A DNA stretch of 64,000 bases from Candidatus Dormiibacterota bacterium (GCA_035936995.1 DASYVR010000042.1:8039-72038), one strand, 5' to 3'; counted from the stretch's first letter, positions 18,264-27,118 are shown. Notes: generated by a model not told the origin, from the letters alone. Made by a program: numbers and translations.

Positions 18264-18683
18264 TTGCAGACCCATGATGGCAGTGCTACGTTCAGCAACG
18301 TGAATCGAGCGGCGCGTTTGCATCGGCTGCTGGTCATCCTGTCGATGGCGACCGCCCGCCCGGGCATCCGGGCGGTCGATCTGGCGGAGGGCCTGAAGGT
18401 CAGCGAAAGGACGGTCTTCCGGGACCTGGCGGAGTTGCAGCGGCTCGGGTTTCCCGTCACCTTCGGCAACGGTTACCCCGCCCAGCAGGAGCTCTTCAAG
18501 CGGCGCCGCCGGCAGGAGATGTCGCAGATCATGGCCGATCTGGTCGATCAGCAGCTGGAAGTCGTTCGGCGCAAGCTCCCGCCTGAGGAGGCCGACCGGG
18601 TGGTCAAGCAGGCGATCCAATACCTGCCGATGGAGGCCGCCGAGGCGGTCACGCGTGCCCTCGCCAAGGCGGTACGGCGATAG
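18264..18683 (+). CDS. HTH (HTH_11/DeoR-N-like) DNA-binding protein
   Basis: RAARLHRLLVILSMATARPGIRAVDLAEGLKVSERTVFRDLAELQRLGFPV. The start may be GTG at about 18300. Confidence 0.7.
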   Translation: MQTHDGSATFSNVNRAARLHRLLVILSMATARPGIRAVDLAEGLKVSERTVFRDLAELQRLGFPVTFGNGYPAQQELFKRRRRQEMSQIMADLVDQQLEVVRRKLPPEEADRVVKQAIQYLPMEAAEAVTRALAKAVRR

Positions 18684-18695
18684 CCCACGAGAATT

Positions 18696-18730
18696 CCCTC
18701 CCCCTTCGGGAGCGGGTCAGGGTGGGGGGT
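18696..18730. repeat. C-tract/G-tract element, copy b
   Basis: CCCTCCCCC-ttcg-GGAGCGGG-tca-GGGTGGGGGG, starting about 13 nt after the stop at 18683. Confidence 0.6.
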
Positions 18731-18745
18731 TAGAATCACCGCACC

Positions 18746-18819
18746 GGTCGGCTAGCTCAGCTGGTTAGAGCGCTTGGTTCACATCCAAGAGGTCGAGGGT
18801 TCGAGTCCCCCGCCGACCA
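18746..18819 (+). tRNA. tRNA-Val (anticodon CAC)
   Basis: Manual cloverleaf. The acceptor stem GGTCGGC/GCCGACC is perfect. The D arm is GCTC-AGCTGGTTA-GAGC. The anticodon arm is CTTGG-TTCACAT-CCAAG. The variable loop is AGGTC. The T arm is GAGGG-TTCGAGT-CCCCC with one A-C mismatch. The discriminator is A and no CCA is encoded. Confidence 0.85.
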
Positions 18820-18910
18820 GTTCCTCCCAAACGCCGAATCCGGTGCCGCCTTCTTGATCGCTCCGGGCTCCCAACATAAGCCGCTCTAAACCGGACCACC
18901 CACGAGCCGG

Positions 18911-18940
18911 CTGACGTATCTGCCCATATGGGCATATAAT
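18911..18940 (+). promoter_or_regulatory. Sigma-70-like promoter with an embedded 14-bp palindrome (putative ArsR operator)
   Basis: CTGACG-N18-TATAAT (the -10 box at 18935-18940). The perfect palindrome TGCCCATATGGGCA (18921-18934) abuts the -10 box. ATG 18948 lies about 8 nt after the -10 box, which suggests a leaderless mRNA. Confidence 0.5.
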
Positions 18941-19301
18941 GACGGGCATGGCAAGGGCCGCCACCACCTCCGACGCATTCAACGCGATCGCCGAGCCGCA
19001 GCGTCGCCGGATCCTCACGGTGCTCAAGGGCCATGAGCGGCCGGTGAACGACTTGGCGCGCGCGTTGCGCATCACCCCGTCACGCACCTCCAAGCACCTG
19101 CGCGTGCTCCGCCGGGTGGGCCTCGTGCGCGTCCGCGGGGCCGGGCAGCACCGGCTCTACGCGCTCGACGCGCGCGGCCTCGAGCCAATTCACGCCTGGG
19201 TCGGCGGGTTCGAGCAGTTCTGGAACGGGAGCTTCGACCGGCTCAGCGACTACGTGCAGGAACTTGGGCACAAGGAGAAGATGGGTGGCATCCGCTCATA
19301 G
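18939..19301 (+). CDS. ArsR/SmtB-family transcriptional regulator
   Basis: FNAIAEPQRRRILTVLKGHERPVNDLARALRITPSRTSKHLRVLRRVGLV is a winged HTH. The real start is probably ATG 18948. Confidence 0.9.
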   Translation: MTGMARAATTSDAFNAIAEPQRRRILTVLKGHERPVNDLARALRITPSRTSKHLRVLRRVGLVRVRGAGQHRLYALDARGLEPIHAWVGGFEQFWNGSFDRLSDYVQELGHKEKMGGIRS

Positions 19302-19773
19302 CAGTCACAGGGCTTCAGATCGCGAGATCGTCGTTTCGCGCATCATTGAGGGCCCGCGGCGCCTCGTGTTCGAGGCATTCACCGACGCCAGGCATCTGGG
19401 CCAGTGGTGGGGTCCGAACGGATTCACCACGACGACACGAGCGTTCGAGTTCCGCCCCGGCGGCGTGTGGGATTTCATCATGCACGGCCCCGGCGGCGCC
19501 GATTTGCCGAATTGGATCGAATGGCGCGAGATCGTGCCGCCCGAGCGCATCGTCTACGTGCACGGTGAAAGCGACGACGACCCTCGCGCGTTCACGTCAA
19601 CGGTGACGCTGGTCGAGCGAGGACCCGCGACCGAGGTCACGATGCGTGCGGTCTTCACGACGAAGGAACAATGCGACGAGGTAATCGAACAGTACGGCGC
19701 TCTCGAGGGTGGTACGCAGCACCTCAGCCGGCTCGCGGCGCACGTTGTGGCACTCGTCGCTAGAGGCCGGTAG
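19264..19773 (+). CDS. SRPBCC/AHSA1-family protein
   Basis: VFEAFTDARHLGQWWGPNGFTTTTRAFEFRPGGVWDFIMHGPGG is typical of Aha1-like SRPBCC proteins that pair with ArsR. The start may be GTG 19285. Confidence 0.85.
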   Translation: MGTRRRWVASAHSSHRASDREIVVSRIIEGPRRLVFEAFTDARHLGQWWGPNGFTTTTRAFEFRPGGVWDFIMHGPGGADLPNWIEWREIVPPERIVYVHGESDDDPRAFTSTVTLVERGPATEVTMRAVFTTKEQCDEVIEQYGALEGGTQHLSRLAAHVVALVARGR

Positions 19774-19792
19774 TCACCAGAAAGGAGAAAAC

Positions 19793-20425
19793 ATGGGCAA
19801 GGTGTTCTTCAGCGTAACGATGTCACTCGACGGCTTCATCGCTCCAGAATTTATGGAAGTGGGCCGGCCGGTTGACCAATGGCTCGGCGAGTGGATGGAA
19901 CTCCAAAAATACGTCTTCGAGCAGCGGTTCTTCCGCGAGAACTTGAAGCTTGGCGACGGTGGTGAGACGGGTCAGGACAACCGCATCCTGGAAGAGACCT
20001 ACAACCGCACCGGCGTGAGCCTCATGGGGAAGCGAATGTTCGACGGTGGGGAACTCAACTGGCCCGAAGAAGCGCCTTTCCATACACCCGTCTTCGTCCT
20101 GACCAAGGAGGTTCGCAGTCCCTGGGAGCGCCCCGGAGGGACCACGTTCCACTTTGTCAACGACGGAATCGAGAGCGCGTTGCGGCAGGCGCCCGAAGTG
20201 GCCGGCGGCAGGGACATCCGGATTGCGGGAGGTGCCCGCACGATCGTCCAATACCTCAACGCCGGCCTGGTCGATGAATTCTCCATCGCCGTGTCACCGG
20301 TTCTTTTCGGAGCCGGGGTACACCTGTTCGACGGGGTCGACAAGCGGGCGATCTCGCTCGACATCGTGGAGGCGATTAATTCGCCCATGGTGACTCATCT
20401 GAGCTATGCGGTTCGTCACCGGTAA
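19793..20425 (+). CDS. Dihydrofolate-reductase-like (RibD C-terminal domain) protein
   Basis: MGKVFFSVTMSLDGFIA...IRIAGGARTIVQYLNAGLVDEFSIAVSPVLFG. An AAAGGAGAA ribosome-binding site precedes ATG 19793. Confidence 0.85.
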   Translation: MGKVFFSVTMSLDGFIAPEFMEVGRPVDQWLGEWMELQKYVFEQRFFRENLKLGDGGETGQDNRILEETYNRTGVSLMGKRMFDGGELNWPEEAPFHTPVFVLTKEVRSPWERPGGTTFHFVNDGIESALRQAPEVAGGRDIRIAGGARTIVQYLNAGLVDEFSIAVSPVLFGAGVHLFDGVDKRAISLDIVEAINSPMVTHLSYAVRHR

Positions 20426-20538
20426 ACCACAGTTCGGGCTTAGGGCCCCCTGGTTTGCTAAACTTACGAGCGCTTTCCTGCTCCGCTGCCGCCGCGAGGC
20501 CATAGTTGGAGCAAATCCCACAGGAAAGGAGGTTGCGT

Positions 20539-20835
20539 TTGTCAGCGTATGAGTTGATGTACATCGTCAAGCCGGAGCTTGATGACCAGGCGGTCCAGCA
20601 GGAGATCGACAAGGTCGGTCAATTGATCCAGACGAATGGGGGTCAGGTCAAGAAGGTCACCCCGTGGGGTAAGCGTCGGCTGGCGTACACGGTCAAGGAT
20701 CAGCGGGAAGGGCACTACGTCGTCGCGGAGTTCGACCTCGACCAGGCCAAAGTCACAGAGGTCGAGCGCGTCCTGAAGATCTCGGACACGGTCTTCCGTC
20801 ATTTATTGGTCCGACAAGATGAGGGGAAGTCATGA
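20539..20835 (+). CDS. rpsF: 30S ribosomal protein S6
   Basis: YELMYIVKPELDDQAV...RRLAYTVKDQREGHYV. A GGAAAGGAGG ribosome-binding site lies 6 nt before TTG 20539. Confidence 0.9.
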   Translation: MSAYELMYIVKPELDDQAVQQEIDKVGQLIQTNGGQVKKVTPWGKRRLAYTVKDQREGHYVVAEFDLDQAKVTEVERVLKISDTVFRHLLVRQDEGKS

Positions 20836-21287
20836 ACCTGAACAAAGCCATGCTGATCGGCCGCCTGACCCGCGATCCGGAGATGCGCTACACGCCCAGC
20901 GGTGCGCCCGTGACGACATTCTCGCTGGCCACGAACCGATACGGCCAGGGACCCGACGGCGAGAAGAAGGAGTACACGGACTACCACAACATCGTTGTCT
21001 GGAACATCGGCAAACGCAATCTGGCGGAGATCTGCGGCCAGTACCTGCACAAGGGCAGCCTCGTTTATCTCGAAGGCCGGCTGCAGACCCGCTCCTGGGA
21101 AGGCCAGGACGGCCAGAAACGCAAGACCACCGAGATCAACGCCACCGAAGTCCAATTCCTCGAGCCACGCAGCCAGTCGCAGGCGCCGTCGCCGGCGGCC
21201 GAACCCGTTGAGGCGGCTGTCGCCGCGCCTGCCAGCCATGTCGAGGAGCCCGCACGCGACGTCGACCCGGAAGATATCCCGTTCTAA
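20832..21287 (+). CDS. ssb: Single-stranded DNA-binding protein
   Basis: MNLNKAMLIGRLTRDPEMRYTPSGAPVTTFSLATNR OB fold with an acidic tail DPEDIPF. ATGA overlap with rpsF. Confidence 0.95.
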   Translation: MNLNKAMLIGRLTRDPEMRYTPSGAPVTTFSLATNRYGQGPDGEKKEYTDYHNIVVWNIGKRNLAEICGQYLHKGSLVYLEGRLQTRSWEGQDGQKRKTTEINATEVQFLEPRSQSQAPSPAAEPVEAAVAAPASHVEEPARDVDPEDIPF

Positions 21288-21307
21288 GGAGCGACTGACA
21301 GGACAGC

Positions 21308-21553
21308 ATGCCACCACCGACCGAAAAGCGCGACCGCAAGCCGCACAAGAAGGTCTGCAACTTCTGTGTGGAGAAGGTCCACCTCATCGACTACAAGGAG
21401 GTCTCGCGCTTGCGCCGCTTCGTGAGTGAGCGCGGCAAGATTCTCCCGCGTCGGGTCACCGGGACCTGTGCGCGCCACCAGCGGCGCCTGGCGGTCGCGT
21501 TGAAGCGCGCTCGCCACGTGGCGCTGCTGCCTTACACCGCCGACCAGCGCTAG
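21308..21553 (+). CDS. rpsR: 30S ribosomal protein S18
   Basis: [63 protein letters not shown]. Confidence 0.95.
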   Translation: MPPPTEKRDRKPHKKVCNFCVEKVHLIDYKEVSRLRRFVSERGKILPRRVTGTCARHQRRLAVALKRARHVALLPYTADQR

Positions 21554-21564
21554 CAAGCTAATTT

Positions 21565-21595
21565 CCTTCCCCTTTGAGGGGAGGGCAGAGTGGGG
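21565..21595. repeat. C-tract/G-tract element, copy c
   Basis: CCTTCCCC-tttga-GGGGAGGG-cagagt-GGGG, starting 12 nt after the rpsR stop. Confidence 0.6.
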
Positions 21596-21647
21596 TCATC
21601 GAGGCGTCGTCAGGATTTCTCAAGGACGCGCCTATACTGCGCTGTAG

Positions 21648-22568
21648 TTGCGTTTCCCGCGCCTCCCGGTCGTGCTCGCGGCCGGGGTCGTCTTGCTTAC
21701 GTCCTTGTCACCGGCTCGGGCAGTGGCTTCAGAGCCCTCGTTTGTTATGCCGTCTCCTTACCTGGTCGCCATCGATCCAGGACATGGGGGCAGCCCGACC
21801 AGCGACCCGACGCAGCTCTGGGACCCTGGCGTCGTGGTCGGCGCCGTCATGGAGAAGGACATCACTCTGGACCTGGCCTTCCGGCTGCGCGCGCTGCTCC
21901 AAAAAGAGAAGGTCAAGGTCGTCCTCACCCGCACCGGCGATCAGTACGTCGAGATCTCGGAGCGCTGGAACCGGGTCCATACCTCAGGTGCTCGGATGTT
22001 CGTGAGCCTTCACGTCAACGCCTACGACGGCGACCCATCGATCAACGGGGCGGCTGTCTATTATCCGAAGCCGGATAGCCTCTCCTTCGCGCAGGCGATC
22101 GATGCCGGAATCGCCCAGAGCCTGAAGCACTATCAGATCGCGGACGATGGTGTCGTGGCCAAGCCGGAGCTCTGGGTGCATTCCGACATCCCGACCGCCA
22201 CCGTCGAACCCGCCTACCTGACGAATCCGCGCGAGCGGAGCCTGCTGCTCCAGGGCGACTTCCGGGACGCGATCGCCATGGGTGTCTTCCAGGGGATGCT
22301 GGCCGCCGACCCCCAGATCGAAGAGACCAAGCTCCAGATCGCGCACGCCGACGCTGCGGCGGCCGCCCAGCGCCAGGCCGACGCCGCCTCAGCGGCCGAT
22401 GCGGCCCGCACCGTGACGGCGACTCGCTGGGGCGTCATCATCGGCGGCCTCCTGCTCCTCTGGGTCGTGATGCGCCTGGCCATCCGGCGCCAGCTCCGCG
22501 CGCCACAGCCGCCGCCGTATCGTCGCCGTAGCTATCGCCGCCGCCGTTCGACCTCACGGCGATATTGA
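21648..22568 (+). CDS. N-acetylmuramoyl-L-alanine amidase (Amidase_3) with a C-terminal TM anchor and Arg-rich tail
   Basis: Signal/TM N-terminus, then VAIDPGHGG, VSLHVNA and EPAYLTNPRE motifs. The C-terminus has a WGVIIGGLLLLWVVMRLAI helix followed by an RRRSYRRRRSTSRRY tail. Confidence 0.9.
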   Translation: MRFPRLPVVLAAGVVLLTSLSPARAVASEPSFVMPSPYLVAIDPGHGGSPTSDPTQLWDPGVVVGAVMEKDITLDLAFRLRALLQKEKVKVVLTRTGDQYVEISERWNRVHTSGARMFVSLHVNAYDGDPSINGAAVYYPKPDSLSFAQAIDAGIAQSLKHYQIADDGVVAKPELWVHSDIPTATVEPAYLTNPRERSLLLQGDFRDAIAMGVFQGMLAADPQIEETKLQIAHADAAAAAQRQADAASAADAARTVTATRWGVIIGGLLLLWVVMRLAIRRQLRAPQPPPYRRRSYRRRRSTSRRY

Positions 22569-22607
22569 CCGATCTCGTTTCCGCGTCCGGACGGTAAGCT
22601 AGGGCGC

Positions 22608-23780
22608 ATGGCTCAGAATCAGCAGCTGCGTATTCCTGGCCCAACGCCCGTCCCCGCTCGGGTCCAGCGGGCGATGGATGCCCCGATGATCAACCACCGT
22701 GGTCCGGAGTTCAAGGCGCTCCTACCGGAGCTCGAATCGGGCCTCAAGTGGGCCTTCCAGACCGAGAACGACATGCTGATTTTTCCCGCCACCGGCACCG
22801 GGGGCCTGGAGAGCGCCGTCGCCAACCTCGTGTCGCCGGGTGAGCGCGTGCTCGCGGTTACGATCGGCGCCTTCGGCGACCGCTTCGCCGACCTCGCCGA
22901 GGCCTTTGGCGCCGAGGTGGTCCGCTACACACTGCCGTGGGGTGAGGCGGCGGATCCTGAGGATCTCGATGACCTGCTCGGCCGCGAGCCCGAGATCGCC
23001 ACCGTGCTGATCACGCACAACGAGACCTCGACCGGCGTGACCAATCGCCTGCAGGCGCTGGCCGACGTCGTCAAGCGCCATCAGCGGCTACTGGTGGTTG
23101 ACGGGGTCAGCTCGGTCGCGTCAATCGACCTTCCGGTCGATCGCTGGGGCGTCGATGTCGCCGTGACGGCATCGCAAAAAGGATGGATGCTCCCGCCTGG
23201 TGTCACCATGCTGAGCGTCAGCAAAGCCGCCTGGCAGCGGCAAGCGAGCGCGCGCGCGCCCCGCTTCTATTTCGACTGGGAGCGCGCCAGGACGATGCAA
23301 TCCAAGGGCATGACCTTCACCACGCCGGCGATGAGCATCCTCTTTGGGTTGCGCGAGGCGCTGACGATGATGCGCGAAGAAGGGTTGCCCGCCATTTTCC
23401 AGCGGCACCTGCGCGTCGCGGCGGCCTTTCGCGCCGCGTCCACCGCGCTGGGCCTGCGCTTGCTGGCGGCCGAGCCCGAGGTCGCCTCACCGACCGTGAC
23501 CGCGGTTTATTTTCCAGAGGCGCTGAGTGGTGCGAAGTCCGAGACGGTGTTCAAGACCTGGCGCGATTTGGGCCTCGTCCTTGGCGAGGGACAGGGAAAG
23601 CTTGCCGGCAAGATCTTCCGGATCGGCCATCTCGGCGCCGTCTACGAAGAGGACGTAGTGGCGACCGTGGAGGGGCTGGAGCGGGGCCTGGAGGCCAACG
23701 GGCATCCGGTCACGCGCGGCGCGGCGCTGACCGCGGCGCGGCGTGCGTTGGAGTCGTCCGAGCCCAGCCTCGTCGCCTGA
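22608..23780 (+). CDS. Class V aminotransferase (serine-glyoxylate / phosphoserine aminotransferase-like)
   Basis: IPGPTPVP...INHRGPEF, and TASQKGWMLPPG with the PLP-binding Lys. It lies directly upstream of serA. Confidence 0.9.
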   Translation: MAQNQQLRIPGPTPVPARVQRAMDAPMINHRGPEFKALLPELESGLKWAFQTENDMLIFPATGTGGLESAVANLVSPGERVLAVTIGAFGDRFADLAEAFGAEVVRYTLPWGEAADPEDLDDLLGREPEIATVLITHNETSTGVTNRLQALADVVKRHQRLLVVDGVSSVASIDLPVDRWGVDVAVTASQKGWMLPPGVTMLSVSKAAWQRQASARAPRFYFDWERARTMQSKGMTFTTPAMSILFGLREALTMMREEGLPAIFQRHLRVAAAFRAASTALGLRLLAAEPEVASPTVTAVYFPEALSGAKSETVFKTWRDLGLVLGEGQGKLAGKIFRIGHLGAVYEEDVVATVEGLERGLEANGHPVTRGAALTAARRALESSEPSLVA

Positions 23781-23784
23781 GCCG

Positions 23785-25359
23785 GTGCCGCGTGTCCTCG
23801 TCGCCGACCCCATCGCCGAAGCAGGGATCAGCCGGCTGCGCGAGCACGCCGATGTTGATGTCGAGCTAAAGCAGAGTCCCTCAGCGCTGCTTCAGCGCAT
23901 CCCCGACTACGACGCCCTGATCGTGCGTAGCGAGACGCGGGTGGATGCGAAGGTCATCCAGGCCGGCAGTCGTCTCAAGGTGATCGGTCGCGCCGGCGCC
24001 GGCGTCGACAACATCGACGTCGAGGCCGCCACCCGGGCTGGTGTTCTGGTTGTCAATGCGCCTTCCGGCAATACCATCGCGGCAGCCGAGCACACGATGG
24101 CGATGATGCTCGCTCTGGCCCGCCACATTCCGGAAGCCGACCAGGCGGTCAAAGCCGGCCGCTGGGAGCGCTCGCGTTTCCTCGGCAACGAACTTCGCGA
24201 CAAGGTTCTGGGCGTCGTCGGCCTCGGCAGCATCGGTCGCGAGGTGGCGCACCGCGCGCAGGCCTTTGGCATGCGGGTGATCGCCAGCGACCCGATGCTT
24301 TCGGAAGAGCGGGCCTCCCAGCTCAATGTGAAGCTGATGCCGTTCGACCAGCTGATGTCCGAAGCGGATCTGGTCACCTTGCACGTGCCCCTGACCAAGG
24401 AGACCCATCACCTGGTTGACGCTCGGGCGCTGGCCGCAGCAAAGCCCGGTCTCCGGCTGATCAATGTCGCTCGCGGCGGCATCGTCGACGAATCGGCGCT
24501 CTGGACGGCCTTGCGGGATGGTCAGGTGGCCGGCGCGGCCCTCGACGTCTTCGAGCAGGAACCTCCTGGCGAGAACCCGTTGCTGTCGCTGCCGCAGGTG
24601 GTGACGACGCCGCACCTGGGAGCCTCGACCGAGGAGGCGCAAATCAGCGTGGCGCTCGAGATCGCCGACCAGGTGGTCGCGGTCCTCGAGGGCGGCCACC
24701 CGCGCTTTTCCCTCAACGCGCCGGTCGCCTTGCCGGAGGCCATGGCCTTCCTGCGGCCGTTCATTCCGGTCGCGGAGGGCATCGGCCGCTTCTACGCCCA
24801 GGTCGGCCGGCAACCGCCGACTCGCCTGCAGGTCGACTACGCGGGCGAGATCGCCGACTACGATTGCTCGGTTCTCACCGCCGCGCTGTTGACGGCATTC
24901 CTCGGCCGGTTTAGCGCGGAGCGCGTCAACCCGGTCAATGCCAGGGCGGTGGCGACCGCCCACGGCATCGCGGTGGTGGAGCAGCGGGGTGCGCGGGCCA
25001 CCGAATTCGCGAACCTGATCAGCCTGCAGGCGGTCGGTGATCACGGCACCAGCCGGGTCGGCGGCACGCTGTTGCTCAACGAGCCGCACATCGTGACCTT
25101 CAACGATTTCCGGATCGACCTCGTGCCGCAGGGCACCTTCTTGATGAGCTGGCACGCCGATCGGCCCGGTGTGATCGGCGCGATCGGCACCCTGCTGGGC
25201 CAGAAGAACATCAATATCGCCAGCATGCAGGTGGGGCGCGACCGTCCGCGTGGCGACGCGGTGATGATCGTCTCGGTCGATGATCCGGTCCCTGAGTCGA
25301 TCCTGGCCGATATTCGCCGGATCCCCGGGATGGCCGACGTGCTGTCGGTCACTCTCTAA
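23785..25359 (+). CDS. serA: D-3-phosphoglycerate dehydrogenase (long form with ASB and ACT domains)
   Basis: RVLVADPIAEAGI, GLGSIGREVAHRA (NAD-binding site), and a C-terminal ACT domain. I prefer the GTG start at 23785. Confidence 0.95.
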   Translation: MPRVLVADPIAEAGISRLREHADVDVELKQSPSALLQRIPDYDALIVRSETRVDAKVIQAGSRLKVIGRAGAGVDNIDVEAATRAGVLVVNAPSGNTIAAAEHTMAMMLALARHIPEADQAVKAGRWERSRFLGNELRDKVLGVVGLGSIGREVAHRAQAFGMRVIASDPMLSEERASQLNVKLMPFDQLMSEADLVTLHVPLTKETHHLVDARALAAAKPGLRLINVARGGIVDESALWTALRDGQVAGAALDVFEQEPPGENPLLSLPQVVTTPHLGASTEEAQISVALEIADQVVAVLEGGHPRFSLNAPVALPEAMAFLRPFIPVAEGIGRFYAQVGRQPPTRLQVDYAGEIADYDCSVLTAALLTAFLGRFSAERVNPVNARAVATAHGIAVVEQRGARATEFANLISLQAVGDHGTSRVGGTLLLNEPHIVTFNDFRIDLVPQGTFLMSWHADRPGVIGAIGTLLGQKNINIASMQVGRDRPRGDAVMIVSVDDPVPESILADIRRIPGMADVLSVTL

Positions 25360-25365
25360 ATTCCG

Positions 25366-26748
25366 GTGGCCAGCGTCCGGCCGTTTCAGGGGGTTCTTTA
25401 CGACCCGCACCGCGTTGACCTCTCCCAGGTCGTCGCCCCGCCCTACGACGTCATCAGCCCGGCGGACCAGCGGCGGTACTACGAGCAGGATCCGCACAAC
25501 GTCGTCCGACTGATCGCCGGAGACGTGCGTCCGTCCGACACCCCCGAAGACAACAAGTACACTCGCGCCGCCGGTTTCTTCCGGCAATGGCTGGCGGAGG
25601 GCGTCCTGCAGCGGGAAATGGGCGCCTGTCTCTATCTCTACCGCCACCAGTTCACGGACCCGATCAATGGCGAAGCGCGCTCCCGGCTCGGCATCCTCGG
25701 GGTGGTCGAGCTCGAACCCTTCGGACGTGGGGTCCTGCCCCACGAACAAACCCATGCGCGCGCCAAGGCAGATCGGCTGTCGCTGACCCGGGCGGTGGTC
25801 GCCAACCTCAGCCCGGTCTTCGCCCTCTACGAAGACCCGCAGTCGGCCGTCCGCCCCATCGTTGCGCCGGCCATGACCGCACCGCCGCGGCTCTCGATCA
25901 TGAGCGAGGACGGTGATCAGCACACGGTCTGGTCGCTGTCCGGGGCCAGGCGCTTTTCTGAGCTGGCCGACGTGTTCAATGCCTCGCCTCTCTACATTGC
26001 GGACGGCCATCATCGATACGAGACGGCGCTGAATTTCCGGAGCAATCAGCGGCAGGCGCATCCGGAGGCGCCGCCAGACGCCGCCTTCAACTACGTGCTG
26101 ATGCTGCTCGTCGACGTCCGGGACCCGGGCCTCATCATCCTCCCCACCCACCGGGTCGTCCATGATTTCGAAGGCTTCGATGCGGGGGAGCTCCTACGCC
26201 GGCTCGGCGAACGCCACCGAGTTGTACCTCGAGCCAACCAGGCGTCCCTGCTTGCGGCGATGCAGGAGCGGACTGCCGGGCACCGGATCGGCATGGTCTT
26301 CCCTCCAACCCCCTCCCCCTCGGGAGGAATTTCTCCCTCCCCCCTTGCGGGGGAGGGCCGGGGAGGGGGGTCCTGGTTCACAGTTGACGTCGACCCGGCA
26401 ACGGGCGCGGATCCAGTCTCTCAACTCGACGTCTCGATCCTGCACCGCGAGATCCTCGAGCGTCAGCTGGGTTTGCAGCAGGCCGAGCTGGAACAGGAGC
26501 GCTACCTCAGCTACTCGCGCGATGCCGGCGCGGTCCTCAGGCGGGTCGAGAGCGGAGCGGCGCAGGCCGCCTTTCTGTTGCGACCGCCGGCGGTCAGTGA
26601 CGTGGTCCAGGTCGCCCGGGCCGGCCAGGTGATGCCACAGAAATCGACGTATTTCTTCCCCAAGCCGGCGTCCGGGATCGTGTTCAACCCGCTCGACGGT
26701 GTACTCACTCCCTCGCCCCTTGCAGGGGAGGGGCCGGTTGGAGGGTAA
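25366..26748 (+). CDS. DUF1015 family protein carrying repeat-derived insertions
   Basis: MASVRPFQGVLYDP...VVAPPYDVIS...LYIADGHHRYETAL are DUF1015 hallmarks. The peptide PPTPSPSGGISPSPLAGEGRGGGS and the C-terminal SPLAGEGPVGG are encoded by repeat copies d and e. Confidence 0.85.
   Translation: MASVRPFQGVLYDPHRVDLSQVVAPPYDVISPADQRRYYEQDPHNVVRLIAGDVRPSDTPEDNKYTRAAGFFRQWLAEGVLQREMGACLYLYRHQFTDPINGEARSRLGILGVVELEPFGRGVLPHEQTHARAKADRLSLTRAVVANLSPVFALYEDPQSAVRPIVAPAMTAPPRLSIMSEDGDQHTVWSLSGARRFSELADVFNASPLYIADGHHRYETALNFRSNQRQAHPEAPPDAAFNYVLMLLVDVRDPGLIILPTHRVVHDFEGFDAGELLRRLGERHRVVPRANQASLLAAMQERTAGHRIGMVFPPTPSPSGGISPSPLAGEGRGGGSWFTVDVDPATGADPVSQLDVSILHREILERQLGLQQAELEQERYLSYSRDAGAVLRRVESGAAQAAFLLRPPAVSDVVQVARAGQVMPQKSTYFFPKPASGIVFNPLDGVLTPSPLAGEGPVGG
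26301..26370. repeat. C-tract/G-tract element, copy d (longest; inside the DUF1015 coding sequence)
   Basis: ccctccaaccccctccccctcgggagg-aatttct-CCCTCCCCCC-ttgc-GGGGGAGGG-ccg-GGGAGGGGGG. Confidence 0.7.
26708..26745. repeat. C-tract/G-tract element, copy e (forms the 3' end of the DUF1015 ORF)
   Basis: CTCCCTCGCCCC-ttgca-GGGGAGGGG-ccg-GTTGGAGGG, immediately followed by the stop codon. Confidence 0.65.
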
Positions 26749-26821
26749 TGCATTTGGTCGGTTGCTTTGTTTCATTTTCGTCAGCCGATTTGGCTTGCCC
26801 GCGCCAGAGCCCTTGGCTACT

Positions 26822-27118
26822 ATGCTGGGACCAATGAGCGCGAAGCGTGTCGTGATCTACATGCCGGATGCCCTCGTCGACGCGCTCAACCGCGCGACTG
26901 CCGGCTCGCCGCAGAGCCGCAGCGAGATCATCTGCGCCGCGGTCCAGCGGTATCTGGCCAGTGGACCCCGCCCGGCTGCGGTCGAGCCCGCTGCCCCGGA
27001 CGAAGCCTTTTTCGATCGGGTGGCCGAGATGATGCAGAGCGGGCTGCTGCAGCCAGGCGACTTCAGCGACCCGGCGTCCGAGGAGCCCCGGCCGAAAAGC
27101 AAGCTCTGGATCAACTGA
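26822..27118 (+). CDS. Ribbon-helix-helix (CopG-like) protein
   Basis: KRVVIYMPDALVDALNRATAGSPQSRSEIICAAVQRYL is an RHH pattern. The start is ATG 26822 or 26834. Confidence 0.6.
   Translation: MLGPMSAKRVVIYMPDALVDALNRATAGSPQSRSEIICAAVQRYLASGPRPAAVEPAAPDEAFFDRVAEMMQSGLLQPGDFSDPASEEPRPKSKLWIN

Noticed and set aside
18746-20425. tRNA-Val followed by the arsR/SRPBCC/DHFR-like genes as a possible tRNA-integrated islet
   Set aside because: There is no integrase, no direct repeat of the tRNA 3' end downstream, and the genes are ordinary small accessory genes.
23881-26163. 760-aa ORF on the minus strand opposite serA and DUF1015
   Set aside because: This is a typical high-GC shadow ORF. The product is Arg/Gly/Asp-rich and low in complexity with no motif. 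The plus strand encodes two well-supported proteins across the same span.
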